The position numbers and the translations under genes were made by a program. The notes beneath the pieces are model-generated. The model was given only the letters and a program-made list of their open reading frames with translations. It was not told where the DNA came from and did not search any database. From Candidatus Krumholzibacteriia bacterium (GTDB taxonomy: Bacteria > Krumholzibacteriota > Krumholzibacteriia > JAJRXK01): DNA of 64,000 nt. Location of the stretch: the NCBI GenBank assembly GCA_041484665.1, contig JBGPIA010000009.1, positions 64,001 to 128,000 on the forward strand. Direction: 5' to 3'. Shown here one piece after another: positions 47,403 to 57,600 of the stretch (its first letter is position 1; each line of letters starts with the position of its first letter).

Positions 47403-48971
47403 ATGTTCATCGTGGACAGCGAGACGATGCGGCGCGTCGACGCCGCCGCCATCGCCGCGGGCACGCCCTCGCTCACGCTCATGGAGCGCGCCGGGGCGGG
47501 CGCGACGCGCGCGATCCTGCGCCACCCTGCGTGGCTGACCGGTACGACGCTGATCGTGTGCGGCAAGGGCAACAACGGCGGCGACGGGCTGGTGGTGGCG
47601 CGCCTGCTCCAGACCCAAGGGCGGCGGGCGCAGGCCCTGCTCCTGGGCGCGCCGGACCAGCTGTCGCCCGATGCCTTGGTGAACCTGCAACGCGCGCGCG
47701 AGGCGGGGGTCGAGGTCGTGGAGATCGCGGCCGACCCGGCGGCCGGGTTGCGCGCACGGGATGCCGCCGAGCCGGGGCGGCTGCTGGTGGACGCGGTGTT
47801 GGGCACCGGCTTCAAGCCTCCGCTACACGGCGCGCTCTCGCCGCTGGTGGCGGCGATCAACGACCTGGGGCGCCGCGTGGTGGCACTGGACGTGCCCAGC
47901 GGGCTAGATGCGACCACGGGCGCGGCCGACCCTGCGGCCGTGCGCGCCGATTTCACGGTCACCTTTGGCTACGCGAAGTGGGGACTCGTGCTGCCGGTGG
48001 GACGCCGGTTCTGCGGCCGCATCGAGCGTGTCGACCTCGAGCTCCCGCGCGACGTCGTCGTGCAGGAGATCGCCGCAAGCGCGGGCCACACGGCCCTCTA
48101 CGTCGACGCGCTGCTGGCGGCGGGCTGGTGGCGCGAGCGAGCGGTGGACGTCCACAAGTACTCCGTGGGAACGGTGCTGGTGGTGGGCGGATCGGCTACC
48201 ATGTCGGGCGCGGTCAGCCTGGCCTGCCTCGCCGCGCTGCGCGCCGGCGCCGGGCTCACGGTGGCGGCGGTGCCGGGCAGCCAGCGCCTGGCGGTGGACC
48301 TGACCTGCACCGAGGTGCTCGTGCACGGCCTCGCCGAGACCGAAGCGGGCGGCATCTCGCCGTCCGAGCAGGGGCGCATCCTCGCACTGGCGCAACGTCA
48401 CGACGCGGTGCTGGTCGGGCCCGGCGCGGGCGCCGACCTGGCGACCGCGGCCATGCTCGTGGAGCTGTTGGCAGCCCTCGACCGCCCCGCGGTGGTCGAC
48501 GCGGACGCGCTCAACGCCTTCTCGCGCCTGCAGCGCGAGCCGCGCCTCCCGGCGCGCTGTGTGGTCACGCCGCACACCATGGAGCTCTCGCGGCTTTTGA
48601 ACATCGACCGCGCCCGCATCGAGGGCGACCGGGTCGAGGTCGTGCGCGCCGCCGCGCGCGAGCTGCGCGCGGTCGTACTGCACAAGGGCGCGCCGACCAT
48701 GGTCGCCGCGCCCGAAGGCGCTTTCGCCGTGATCGGGGCGGGGGGGCCGGAGCTGGCCTCCCCCGGCACCGGCGACGTGCTCGCGGGGGTGATCACCGCG
48801 CTGTTGGCGGGTGGGCACGATCCGTTCGAGGCCGCGTGCTTGGGCGCCTGGCTACACGGGCGCGCCGGCGAGCGCGTGGCGCAGCGCCTGGGCGACGCGG
48901 GCCTGCTCGCGCGCGATCTGCTCCCGGCAGTGGCGGCCGCGGCGCGCGAGGCGCAGGAGTCCCACCGGTGA
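47403..48971 (+). CDS. nnr: Bifunctional NAD(P)H-hydrate epimerase/dehydratase
   Basis: LMERAG, CGKGNNGGDG, DAVLGTG, LDVPSG; HKYSVG, GPGAG, VVDADALN, TPH, GTGDVLAG; SD GGAG. Confidence 0.93.
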   Translation: MFIVDSETMRRVDAAAIAAGTPSLTLMERAGAGATRAILRHPAWLTGTTLIVCGKGNNGGDGLVVARLLQTQGRRAQALLLGAPDQLSPDALVNLQRAREAGVEVVEIAADPAAGLRARDAAEPGRLLVDAVLGTGFKPPLHGALSPLVAAINDLGRRVVALDVPSGLDATTGAADPAAVRADFTVTFGYAKWGLVLPVGRRFCGRIERVDLELPRDVVVQEIAASAGHTALYVDALLAAGWWRERAVDVHKYSVGTVLVVGGSATMSGAVSLACLAALRAGAGLTVAAVPGSQRLAVDLTCTEVLVHGLAETEAGGISPSEQGRILALAQRHDAVLVGPGAGADLATAAMLVELLAALDRPAVVDADALNAFSRLQREPRLPARCVVTPHTMELSRLLNIDRARIEGDRVEVVRAAARELRAVVLHKGAPTMVAAPEGAFAVIGAGGPELASPGTGDVLAGVITALLAGGHDPFEAACLGAWLHGRAGERVAQRLGDAGLLARDLLPAVAAAAREAQESHR

Positions 48972-50011
48972 GGGTGCTGGGACTGGAGACCAGCTGCGAC
49001 GAGACGAGCGTCGCGTGCGTGGACGGTGACGGCGTGCGCGCCAACCTCGTGAGCAGCCAGGTCGACCTCCACGCGCGCTTCGGGGGCGTCGTCCCCGAGC
49101 TGGCGTCCCGGGCACACCTGACGAACCTGCTGCCGGTGCTCGACGCGGCGCTGCGGGCCGCGGGCTGGACCCTGGCCGACGTCGAGGGGATCGCGGCCAC
49201 CGCGGGCCCCGGCTTGATCGGCGCGGTGCTCATGGGCCTGTCCTGCGGCAAGGCGTTGGCGTGGTCGCTGGGCGTGCCGCTGGCGGGCGTGCACCACATC
49301 GAGGGGCATATCCTGGCCAACGACATCGAGACGCCGCTGGCGCTGCCGGCGTTGGTGCTGGTCGTCAGCGGCGGGCACACCGAGACGGTGCTCGTGACGC
49401 GCGTCGGAAGCTACCAGCGATTGGGCACGACGCTGGACGATGCCGCCGGAGAGACGTTTGACAAGACGGCCAAGCTCATGGGGCTGCCGTATCCGGGCGG
49501 CCCGGCCATCGAGCATCTGGCGCGCGAAGGGCGTGCGGGCGCCGTGGAGCTGCCCCGTGCGCTGCGCCAGAGCGGCAACCTGGATTTCAGCTTCAGCGGT
49601 CTGAAAACCGCGGTGCGCCTCAAGCTCGCCGCGCTGGGCGCGGCGCCCCAGCGCGCCCAGCTGGCGGATGTGGCGCGCGGTCTGCAGGACGCCGTGATCG
49701 ACACGCTGCTGGACAAGACGCGGCGGGCGCTTGCGGCGTGCGCGGATCCCAGGCTGTGCCCGCAACCGCTGCGGGGGCTCTACCTGGCGGGCGGGGTGGC
49801 GGCGAACGGGCCGCTGCGCGAGACCATGGCGCAGCTGGCGGGCGAGCGGGACCTCGTGTTCGTCCCGCCGCCGTTGGCCTACTGCACGGACAACGCGGCC
49901 ATGATCGCCTGGGCCGGCCGACGCCGGCTGCTGCTTTGCGGCGGGGACCCCCTGGACCTGCCGGCCTTCGCGCGCGCCGGCCTGGTTTCCTGGGCGGCGC
50001 AGACGCCCTAG
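48968..50011 (+). CDS. tsaD: tRNA threonylcarbamoyltransferase TsaD
   Basis: LGLETSCDET, GGVVPELASR, HHIEGH, VSGGHT, DDAAGETFDK, FSFSGLKT, GGVAAN, TDNAAMI. Confidence 0.96.
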   Translation: MRVLGLETSCDETSVACVDGDGVRANLVSSQVDLHARFGGVVPELASRAHLTNLLPVLDAALRAAGWTLADVEGIAATAGPGLIGAVLMGLSCGKALAWSLGVPLAGVHHIEGHILANDIETPLALPALVLVVSGGHTETVLVTRVGSYQRLGTTLDDAAGETFDKTAKLMGLPYPGGPAIEHLAREGRAGAVELPRALRQSGNLDFSFSGLKTAVRLKLAALGAAPQRAQLADVARGLQDAVIDTLLDKTRRALAACADPRLCPQPLRGLYLAGGVAANGPLRETMAQLAGERDLVFVPPPLAYCTDNAAMIAWAGRRRLLLCGGDPLDLPAFARAGLVSWAAQTP

Positions 50012-50049
50012 CCCTCCCCCCCCGCTCGCCGCCGGCAGCGCATCGCCGC

Positions 50050-50066
50050 CTGGCAAGCAACCTGCT
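50050..50066 (+). promoter_or_regulatory. Putative sigma54-type promoter upstream of the signalling operon
   Basis: CTGGCAAGCAACCTGCT: GG-N10-GC. Confidence 0.45.
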
Positions 50067-50269
50067 TCCCATCCTCCCCGGCAGTTCCTCCCGCGGGCGC
50101 GGCGGGCCTCCCCAGAGCCGCCCGTCCCCCGGGCCGGGGAATGGTCAGAGCGCTAAGTCGTGATAGTCCAACTATATACGTTTCAAGCAGCGTGCCGACC
50201 CTCCCGGGCGGCGGCGGCGGCGCACCCTGCGGTCCCGCCTCAACCTGCACGGCCAACCGAGGACCGGCC

Positions 50270-51247
50270 TTGAAAGAAACCATTCTCGTCGTCGACGACG
50301 AGCCCCACATCCGGAAGATCCTGAAGTTCCTGCTGGAGCAGAACGACTTCCAGGTGATCACCGCCGCCAATGGCGAGGAGGCCCTGGCCGCAGCCCGCGG
50401 CAACCTGCCCGAGCTGGTGCTGCTGGACCTCATGATGCCCAAGATGGACGGCTTTGAGGTCTGCCGGCGGCTGCGCTCCGATTACCGCACGAGCCAGATC
50501 CCCATCATCATCGTGACGGCCAAGGGTGAGGTCACCGAGCGCGTGCGCGGCCTCAAGGGCGGGGCCAACGACTACCTGACCAAGCCCTACGACCACAACG
50601 AGCTGATCGCGCGCGTGCGCAACATGCTCGATTGGAGCCGGGTGCAGCGGCAGGCCAATCCGCTCACCGGGCTACCGGGCAACCAGGCGATCGAGACCGA
50701 GCTGCAGCGGCGGATCGACAACGGCGAGCCGTTCGCCTTCATGTACATCGACGTCGACAACTTCAAGGGCTACAACGACAACTACGGCTACTCCAAAGGC
50801 GACGAGGCGATCCGCTTCGTGGCCGGCCTGCTGCGCGAGTGCTCCGTGGCCCTGGGCGGCGTCGACACCGACTTCATCGGGCACATCGGCGGCGATGACT
50901 TCGTGGTGATCAGCTCGCCGGCGCACGCCGACGTGCTGGCCCAGAGCATCGTCGACCGCTTCGACCGCGAGTCCTACCGGCTGTTCGAGGCGCACGACCT
51001 CGAGCGCGGTTACCTCGAGGTCCGCAACCGATTCGGCGGGACCAACACGGTCCCATTTATCACCCTCACCATCGCCGTGGTGACCGACCGGGGTGGCACC
51101 TTCCGCCATTGGGCCAAGGTGAGCGACGTTGCCGCGGAGCTGAAGGCCTACGGCAAGTCGCTGAAGGGCTCGGTCGTGGTGAAGGAGCGCCGCAGCCACG
51201 ACGCCACCGACCAGCCGGTCGGCAGTTCGGGAACCGCGGCTTCCTGA
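50270..51247 (+). CDS. Response regulator with REC + GGDEF-family (GGDDF) domain
   Basis: ILVVDDE...LLDLMMP..TAK..YLTKPY; ANPLTGLPGN, YIDVDNFKGYNDNYG, GHIGGDDF. TTG start after GAGGA. Confidence 0.92.
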   Translation: MKETILVVDDEPHIRKILKFLLEQNDFQVITAANGEEALAAARGNLPELVLLDLMMPKMDGFEVCRRLRSDYRTSQIPIIIVTAKGEVTERVRGLKGGANDYLTKPYDHNELIARVRNMLDWSRVQRQANPLTGLPGNQAIETELQRRIDNGEPFAFMYIDVDNFKGYNDNYGYSKGDEAIRFVAGLLRECSVALGGVDTDFIGHIGGDDFVVISSPAHADVLAQSIVDRFDRESYRLFEAHDLERGYLEVRNRFGGTNTVPFITLTIAVVTDRGGTFRHWAKVSDVAAELKAYGKSLKGSVVVKERRSHDATDQPVGSSGTAAS

Positions 51248-51278
51248 GCGCGCCGCGCCTTGGGGTGGGAGGAGATCC

Positions 51279-54200
51279 GTGACGAACGTTGGGCAGACCT
51301 TCACGAGCTTCCGATTCCTCGTGCGCAGCGTGCGCTGGGTCGAGCTCGCGATCAGCTGCCTGATCGTGTTCTTCGCCCGGGCCGTCAGCCACCTGGAGTT
51401 CCAGGTTCTGCCGGTGGCCTTGATCTTCGGACTGGGCTTCCTGTGGAACGTGGCTTTCTGGTACGCCGGCCGCCGCCACCTGCTCGAGGAGCGCGGCCTG
51501 GCCGGGGCGCGCCTCTTGATGTGGAGCTGGGTGGTGGCCGACGTCGTCACCAACCTGCTCATCATCGCCTTCACGGGCGTCACCAGCAGCCCGTTCCTGT
51601 TCTTCCTCGTGTTCCCGGTGATCCTCAGCACGGTCGCCCTGGGGCGGCCGGCCAGCTGCTACGGGGTTGCGATTGGCTCGACGTTGGGGCTGGCGGCCAT
51701 CTGGGCCATGGACCGAGCCGGGAGCATCCCGCACTTCCGCAGCTACCCGGCGCTGTCGGGGCAGATCTTCTTCCAGCCCGACGTGGCCGCGGGGATCTTC
51801 CTGATGGCGGGCGCGGTGCTGTCGCTGCTCGTCCACATGGTTTTCCGCTTCCGGCCGAACTTCTTCATCTTCCAGGAGAGCTTCCGCGAGGGGCGGTTCC
51901 GCATCCACAGCTTCCGCGCCGGCGACATCCAGGAGCTGCGCCTGGAAGAGGTGGAGGCGATCGGTCCCGAGGACCTGCTGGAGGAGGTGGTGCAGAACCT
52001 CACCACCAACCCGGCGGTGGTCTTCGCTGCGGCAGTGGTCTTTCCCGCAGGCGACGACACCGTGGGCGGCGCGGGCGCGGAATGGCACGCCGGGCTGACG
52101 CGCCAGCGCATCGTGTGCGTCACGCGCCGCCAGGTGTTGGCCACCTGGAGCGAATTCCACTCCGACCGCAGCGAACTGTTCCGGCACATGCGCTACGCCG
52201 AGACGGGCGATCTGTGGGAGGGACCCTTCTCGCTCCTGCAGCGCGACGGCCTCTTCACCCAGTTCGACGACGCGGAGAGCTACCTGGCCACCCCCATCGC
52301 GCAGGACGGACGCAGCGTGGTGGTGCTCATCGCCGGGCTGCGTCATCCGGTGCAGAGCCGCAACGAGGTGGTGTTGCACCTGCTGAACGTGGCGGCCCAG
52401 CTCAAGCCCTTGCTGGTGGCCGAGACGCGCTTGTCGAGCCTGCGCGGTGAGCTGTCGTCGCTCCACGACCAGAACGACTCGCTCACCCGCCTGAACAAGA
52501 TGCAGAACGATTTCGTGAGCATCGCCAGCCACGAGCTGAAGACGCCGCTGACCTCCATCATGGCGTACACCGACGCGCTGATCATGAACGTGGACAACCC
52601 GGCATTCAACGAGCGGCGGGAGTTCCTCCAGGTGGTGCGCGACGAGACCAACCGGCTGCTGCGCATGGTGAACCGCATCCTCGACTTCTCCCAGATCGAG
52701 TTCGGCCAGCGCAGTCTCAAGCGCAGCCGTCTGCAGCTCAAGGCGCTCATCGACGACAGCCTCACCACCATGCGCCACGAGCTCGACCGCAAGCAGATCG
52801 CGGTCGATGTCAAACTGCCGGCGGTGCTCCCCCGCGTGGACGCCGATCCTGACCTCATGAAGCAGGTGCTGCTCAACCTGCTGAACAACGCCTGGAAATT
52901 CAGTCCGCAGGGCGGGACGATCACGATCGCGGCGCGGGAGGGCTCCACCGCCCTGGAGGTCGCAATCAAGGACGAGGGCCCCGGGATCCCCGATGACGAG
53001 GTGGAGAACATCTTCAAGCAGTTCTACCGCGTGCGCCGCAAGGACGGCGAGACGCCCGAGGGGAGCGGCCTGGGGCTGACCATCGTCCGCAACATCGTCG
53101 AGCTGCACGGGGGCTGCGTCCGGGTCGACGGGGGGCACGGGCGCGGCGCCACGTTCACCTTCACGATCCCCAAGGAGCAGTGCCTCAACGATCGGCCCGA
53201 GACGGTGCTGGGCGAGCTGACCAAGCGGCCCGAGTTCGCCCACATGATGAAACTGCTCGTGCGCATGGTCGCCGACTACATGGACTGCAAGATCGTGTCG
53301 GTGATGCTCGTGTCGTCCGACCGCAAGCAGCTCTACGTCCAGGTCGCCTACGGGCTGGACGAGGAGATCGTGCGCGACACCCGGGTGACCATGGGCGAGG
53401 GGATCGCGGGGCGCGTGGCCGCCAACGGTCGCCCGCTGCTCATCGAGAACGTGGAGGACCTCGACGGGCGCCCCGGTGGCAACAAGTCGCAGTACGAGAC
53501 GAGCTCGCTGATCAGCGTCCCGCTCGTCATGAACGACGAGATCGTGGGCGTGATCAACTGCAACAACAAGGTGACCGGCGAGCCGTTCTACGCCGACGAT
53601 CTGAGCCTGCTGGTGACCCTCACCGAGAAGGTGACGTTGGCCCTGTCGCGTGCCCTGGAGTTCGAGGACTCGCGCGAGACACTGCAACGCACCGTGCGCG
53701 CCCTGCAAGCCCTGGTGGATCTGCACGGCACCGACGCGCGGGCCACCCGCCGCGCCGTGCGGTACGCCATGGAGTTGGGCCGGCGCATGGGACTCACGCG
53801 GCACCAGATCCTGGCGCTGCAGTACGCCTTCGTGATCCACGACGTAGGGATGATCCGCCAGGACCGCGAGCTACTGCGCAAGCGCGGCACGCTTTCGCCC
53901 GAGGAGCGCAAGCTGGTGCGCAACCATCCTGTCGACGGGGTGGAGCTCGTGGAGCCGTTCCTCTCGGCCGACGAGCTCGAGGAGGTCATCCGCTATCACC
54001 ACGAGCGCATCGACGGGACCGGATACCCGCAGGGCCTGATCGGGGAGCACATCCCACTTGCGGCGCGCATCGTCTCGGCGGTGGATGCCTACGACTCCAT
54101 GACGTCGCCCCGGCCCTACCGCCGCACGCTGCGCCCGCACGAGGCGGCCGAGGAGCTGGCGGAGAACGCGGGCTCGCAGTTCGATCCGGAAGTCGTCCGC

Positions 54201-54302
54201 CTGTTCCTGGACGTGCTGGCGGAGAACGGTGAGCTGTCGCGCGATGAGTACCAACGTCTCAAGGACGGTGAACGGTGGCTACGCCCGGCGTCCTTATCGT
54301 AG
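51279..54302 (+). CDS. Membrane hybrid: TMs-GAF-like-HisKA-HATPase-GAF-HD-GYP
   Basis: About five TMs; SHELKTPL, NLLNNAWKF, DEGPG, GSGLGL; GAF GEGIAGRV..VPL..GVINCNNK..F..DD; HDVG..HP..HHER.DG.GYP..D.YD..RPY. Confidence 0.92.
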   Translation: MTNVGQTFTSFRFLVRSVRWVELAISCLIVFFARAVSHLEFQVLPVALIFGLGFLWNVAFWYAGRRHLLEERGLAGARLLMWSWVVADVVTNLLIIAFTGVTSSPFLFFLVFPVILSTVALGRPASCYGVAIGSTLGLAAIWAMDRAGSIPHFRSYPALSGQIFFQPDVAAGIFLMAGAVLSLLVHMVFRFRPNFFIFQESFREGRFRIHSFRAGDIQELRLEEVEAIGPEDLLEEVVQNLTTNPAVVFAAAVVFPAGDDTVGGAGAEWHAGLTRQRIVCVTRRQVLATWSEFHSDRSELFRHMRYAETGDLWEGPFSLLQRDGLFTQFDDAESYLATPIAQDGRSVVVLIAGLRHPVQSRNEVVLHLLNVAAQLKPLLVAETRLSSLRGELSSLHDQNDSLTRLNKMQNDFVSIASHELKTPLTSIMAYTDALIMNVDNPAFNERREFLQVVRDETNRLLRMVNRILDFSQIEFGQRSLKRSRLQLKALIDDSLTTMRHELDRKQIAVDVKLPAVLPRVDADPDLMKQVLLNLLNNAWKFSPQGGTITIAAREGSTALEVAIKDEGPGIPDDEVENIFKQFYRVRRKDGETPEGSGLGLTIVRNIVELHGGCVRVDGGHGRGATFTFTIPKEQCLNDRPETVLGELTKRPEFAHMMKLLVRMVADYMDCKIVSVMLVSSDRKQLYVQVAYGLDEEIVRDTRVTMGEGIAGRVAANGRPLLIENVEDLDGRPGGNKSQYETSSLISVPLVMNDEIVGVINCNNKVTGEPFYADDLSLLVTLTEKVTLALSRALEFEDSRETLQRTVRALQALVDLHGTDARATRRAVRYAMELGRRMGLTRHQILALQYAFVIHDVGMIRQDRELLRKRGTLSPEERKLVRNHPVDGVELVEPFLSADELEEVIRYHHERIDGTGYPQGLIGEHIPLAARIVSAVDAYDSMTSPRPYRRTLRPHEAAEELAENAGSQFDPEVVRLFLDVLAENGELSRDEYQRLKDGERWLRPASLS

Positions 54303-54658
54303 AGGACGAGCAGCCGCTGGCCCGCGTCCTCGCCTATGCCTTCAACAACGAGGGCTATCGCGTCGAGCTCGCCAGCGACGGCATCGAGTGCATGAATAAG
54401 ATCGCGACCTTCGTGCCCGACGTGGTCGTGATGGATATCATGATGCCCAAGCTTGATGGCATCGAGACCATGAAGCTGCTGCGTCAGAACCAGCTGCAGC
54501 GCGATCTAGTCATCGTGGCGCTGTCGGCGCGCTCCTCGCGCAGCGACCGGGAAACCGCTCTGGCGGCCGGCGCGAACATCTTCATGAAGAAGCCGTTCGC
54601 CATCGCCCGCCTGATGGAGAGCGTCGAGCAGCTGCTGGCCAGCGAGCGCAGCCCCTGA
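54275..54658 (+). CDS. Single-domain response regulator (REC)
   Basis: VLIVEDE, VMDIMMPKLDG, ALSA, KKPF; overlaps the 3' end of the upstream kinase by 28 nt. Confidence 0.88.
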   Translation: MATPGVLIVEDEQPLARVLAYAFNNEGYRVELASDGIECMNKIATFVPDVVVMDIMMPKLDGIETMKLLRQNQLQRDLVIVALSARSSRSDRETALAAGANIFMKKPFAIARLMESVEQLLASERSP

Positions 54659-54676
54659 GCGGCCAGGCGGACGAAC

Positions 54677-57600
54677 GTGCACCCCTCCCTCCCCCCGACG
54701 TTCCCCGGAGCGACTCCGCTCGTCGTGCGGCTGCTGGTGGCCGCCCTCGCATTGGGTGTTGCGCTGGCCGGCGGGCGCGCCTGGCGCGCGACGCGGCGTG
54801 CGTGCCTGGGTGCCCTCGCAGTGGGGGCGGCGCTGCTCCTTCTGGACGATGCGGTGGGCGCGGTGCTGTCCCACGGGCAGCTCGCGTTCCAAGGCACCGG
54901 CTGGCTGATCGCCTCGGCGCTGGTGCAGGCTGCCGGCCTTAGCCTGTTGGCCTGGGGAGCGGGCCACGCCGGGCAGGCCGAGAACTCCACGTGGCTGTTG
55001 GGCTGGCTCACCATTGCGTCCTGCGCGTTCGGCCTGCTGTTGGGTGTCCTGCCGTCGATCGCCTGGCAGCTGTTGGGCGCGCGCGCGCCCGGCGAGCCCG
55101 CTCCGCAGCCGGAGTGGACGCTGTTGCTCGGCCTGGGCTGCACGGCCGCGCTCTTGTCCAGCCTGCGTCACCGCGCGCTCGCGCGCAGCGGCCACGCGCT
55201 GCAGGAGCGCGTGCACGAGCTCGGGGCCGCCCAGGAGCAGTCGCAGCAGCGCGAGACCGCGCTGCAGCAGCAGTACGAGCAGGCCGCGCAGGGGCGCCGT
55301 CAGCAGCAGGACAGCGTCGAGCAGCTCGCGCGCCGGGCGGCCAACCTCCAGGCCGTGCTGCAGAGCTCGCTCTCGCTGAATCGCCGCCAGGAGCTGGGCC
55401 AGGTGTTGGAGGCGGTGGTGGAGTCCGCGCACGAGCGCCTCGGCCAACCGCGCGTGCTGCTGCGGCTGTACAACTCGCGCACCCATCTGTTCGAGGCGCG
55501 GGCCTTCGCCGGCCTGCCGGAGAACGAGGTCCGCGAGCTGAGGAACCGCGACGTGACGATGGAGGACTTCCTGTCGGCGGCCCGCGCCGGCGCCGGCTTG
55601 GGGGGGTGCGCGGTGGTCGATCCTTGGGCGCCGCCGCCGCCGTCCAGCTCGCCGTTGGGCTGGCGGGCGGGGCGCCAGCTGGTCGTGCCCATTCGCGGCG
55701 ACGACGGCGCGGTGCTGGGGTATCTGGGCGTGGACGAGCCCAACGGCGTCCAGGTGCCCGCCGCCGAGACGGCCGAGCTGCTGGAGGCGCTTGCCAGCCA
55801 GGCCGCCATCGCCATCCAGAACGCCCAGCTCCACGGCCAGCTCGAGCGCAAGAACCTCGAGGTCTCCATGGCCAACGAGAAGCTGCGGGACCTCAATCGC
55901 CTCAAGAGCAACTTCGTCGCCACCGTCAGCCATGAGCTGCGCACGCCGTTGACCTCCATCAAGGCGTACAGCGACACCCTGCAGGCGGCGCTGGATGACA
56001 TGGAGCCGCAGACGGTGCGGGAGTTCGTCTCGGTGATCTCGGCGGAGAGCGAGCGCCTCACCGGCGTGATCGACGACATCCTCGACGTCAGCCGCCTGGA
56101 GAGCGGCCGCGCCCCCATGGTCAAGGAGAGCTTCAACTTCAGCGCGCTCTGCCAGGAGGCGGGCGTCCGCATGGACGCACAGTTCAAGGCCAAGGGGCTG
56201 CGCCTGCGCCTGGAGTGCCCGCCGTCGGAGGTGGTGCTGTCGGCCGACCGTTCCGCCATCGAGCAGCTGCTGGTCAACCTGCTGGACAACGCCCTCAAAT
56301 TCACCCCGGAGGGGGGCGAGGTGCGCCTGCACCTCGAGGAGGAAGTGAGCCTGGCGCGTCTGGTGGTGGAGGACTCGGGGATCGGCATTCCCGAAGAGGA
56401 GATGGAGCGCATCTTCGATCGCTTCTACCAGGTGGACGGCTCGACCACGCGCGCCTACGGCGGGCAGGGGCTGGGCCTGGCCATCTGCCGCGACATCGTC
56501 GAGTGGCACGACGGCCGGATCTGGGTGGAGCGAGCCGGTGGCCGCGGCACGCGCTTCGTCGTGCTGCTGCCCCGCAAGGAGCTCGTGATCCACAGCAACC
56601 GCGAGGACAGCTCGGACGTCTCGGAGCGGATGCAGCGCGAGGAGTTCCTGCAGCTGCTCACCACGCTCACGGCGGAGCTGATGGGCACGCGAATCGCCTC
56701 GATCATGCTCGTGGATCCGGCCTCCGACGCCCTGCGCATCGAGGCGGCGGTGGGGCTGGAGGAGGAGGTCGTCCACGGCGCGCGCCTGCGCAAGGGCGAG
56801 GGGATCGCCGGGCGTGTCTGGAGCGAGGGGCGGTCGATCCTGGTGCACGACCTGCGCGGCGACGCGCGCTTCGCCGGCCGCATGAACGACGTGCAGTACA
56901 GCACGCGCAGCCTGCTGTCCGCCCCGCTGCGGCGTGGCACCCACGTGTTCGGCGTCGTAAACGTGAATAACAAGATCAACGGCCAGGTATTCGACGAGGA
57001 CGACCGGCTGCTGCTGGAGGCGCTCGGCGAGCGCCTGGTGAAGGCCTTCGACAGCCTGGAGGCCTACCGCGTCGGCCACCACCGCCTGGTGGCGGCCCGT
57101 TCCGCCCTGCGCGCGATCCTCGACGTGAGTCGCGACCGTTGGTCGTCGCTGCGCGAGCTGGTGGCGCGCAGCGGCCTGGACGCGGCGCGCCGCCTCGGCA
57201 TGCACGAGGACGACCTGCGGGCGCTGGCCTACGTGCTCAAGACCTACGACCTCGGTCTGGCGCGGGTGGGAGAGCAGATCCTGCGCAAGATCTCGCCCTT
57301 GTCGGCCGAGGACCGCGAGCGCATCAACGACCACGTGCGAGCGGGGGCGGAGCTGGCCACCGAGGTGGAGCCGCTGGCCAAGGTGCGCCAGATCCTCTAC
57401 CACCATCACGAGAACGTGGACGGCAGCGGCTATCCTGACGGCCTGGCGGGAGAGGCGATCCCGGTGGGCGCGCGCCTGGTTCGCCTGACCGACGTCTTCG
57501 GCGCCCTGCTGCACGACCGGCCCTTCCGCCGAGCGCTCTCGTTGGACGAGGCGGTTGCGCTCATCCGCGAAGGGGTCGGCCGGCGATTCTGCCCGCGCGT

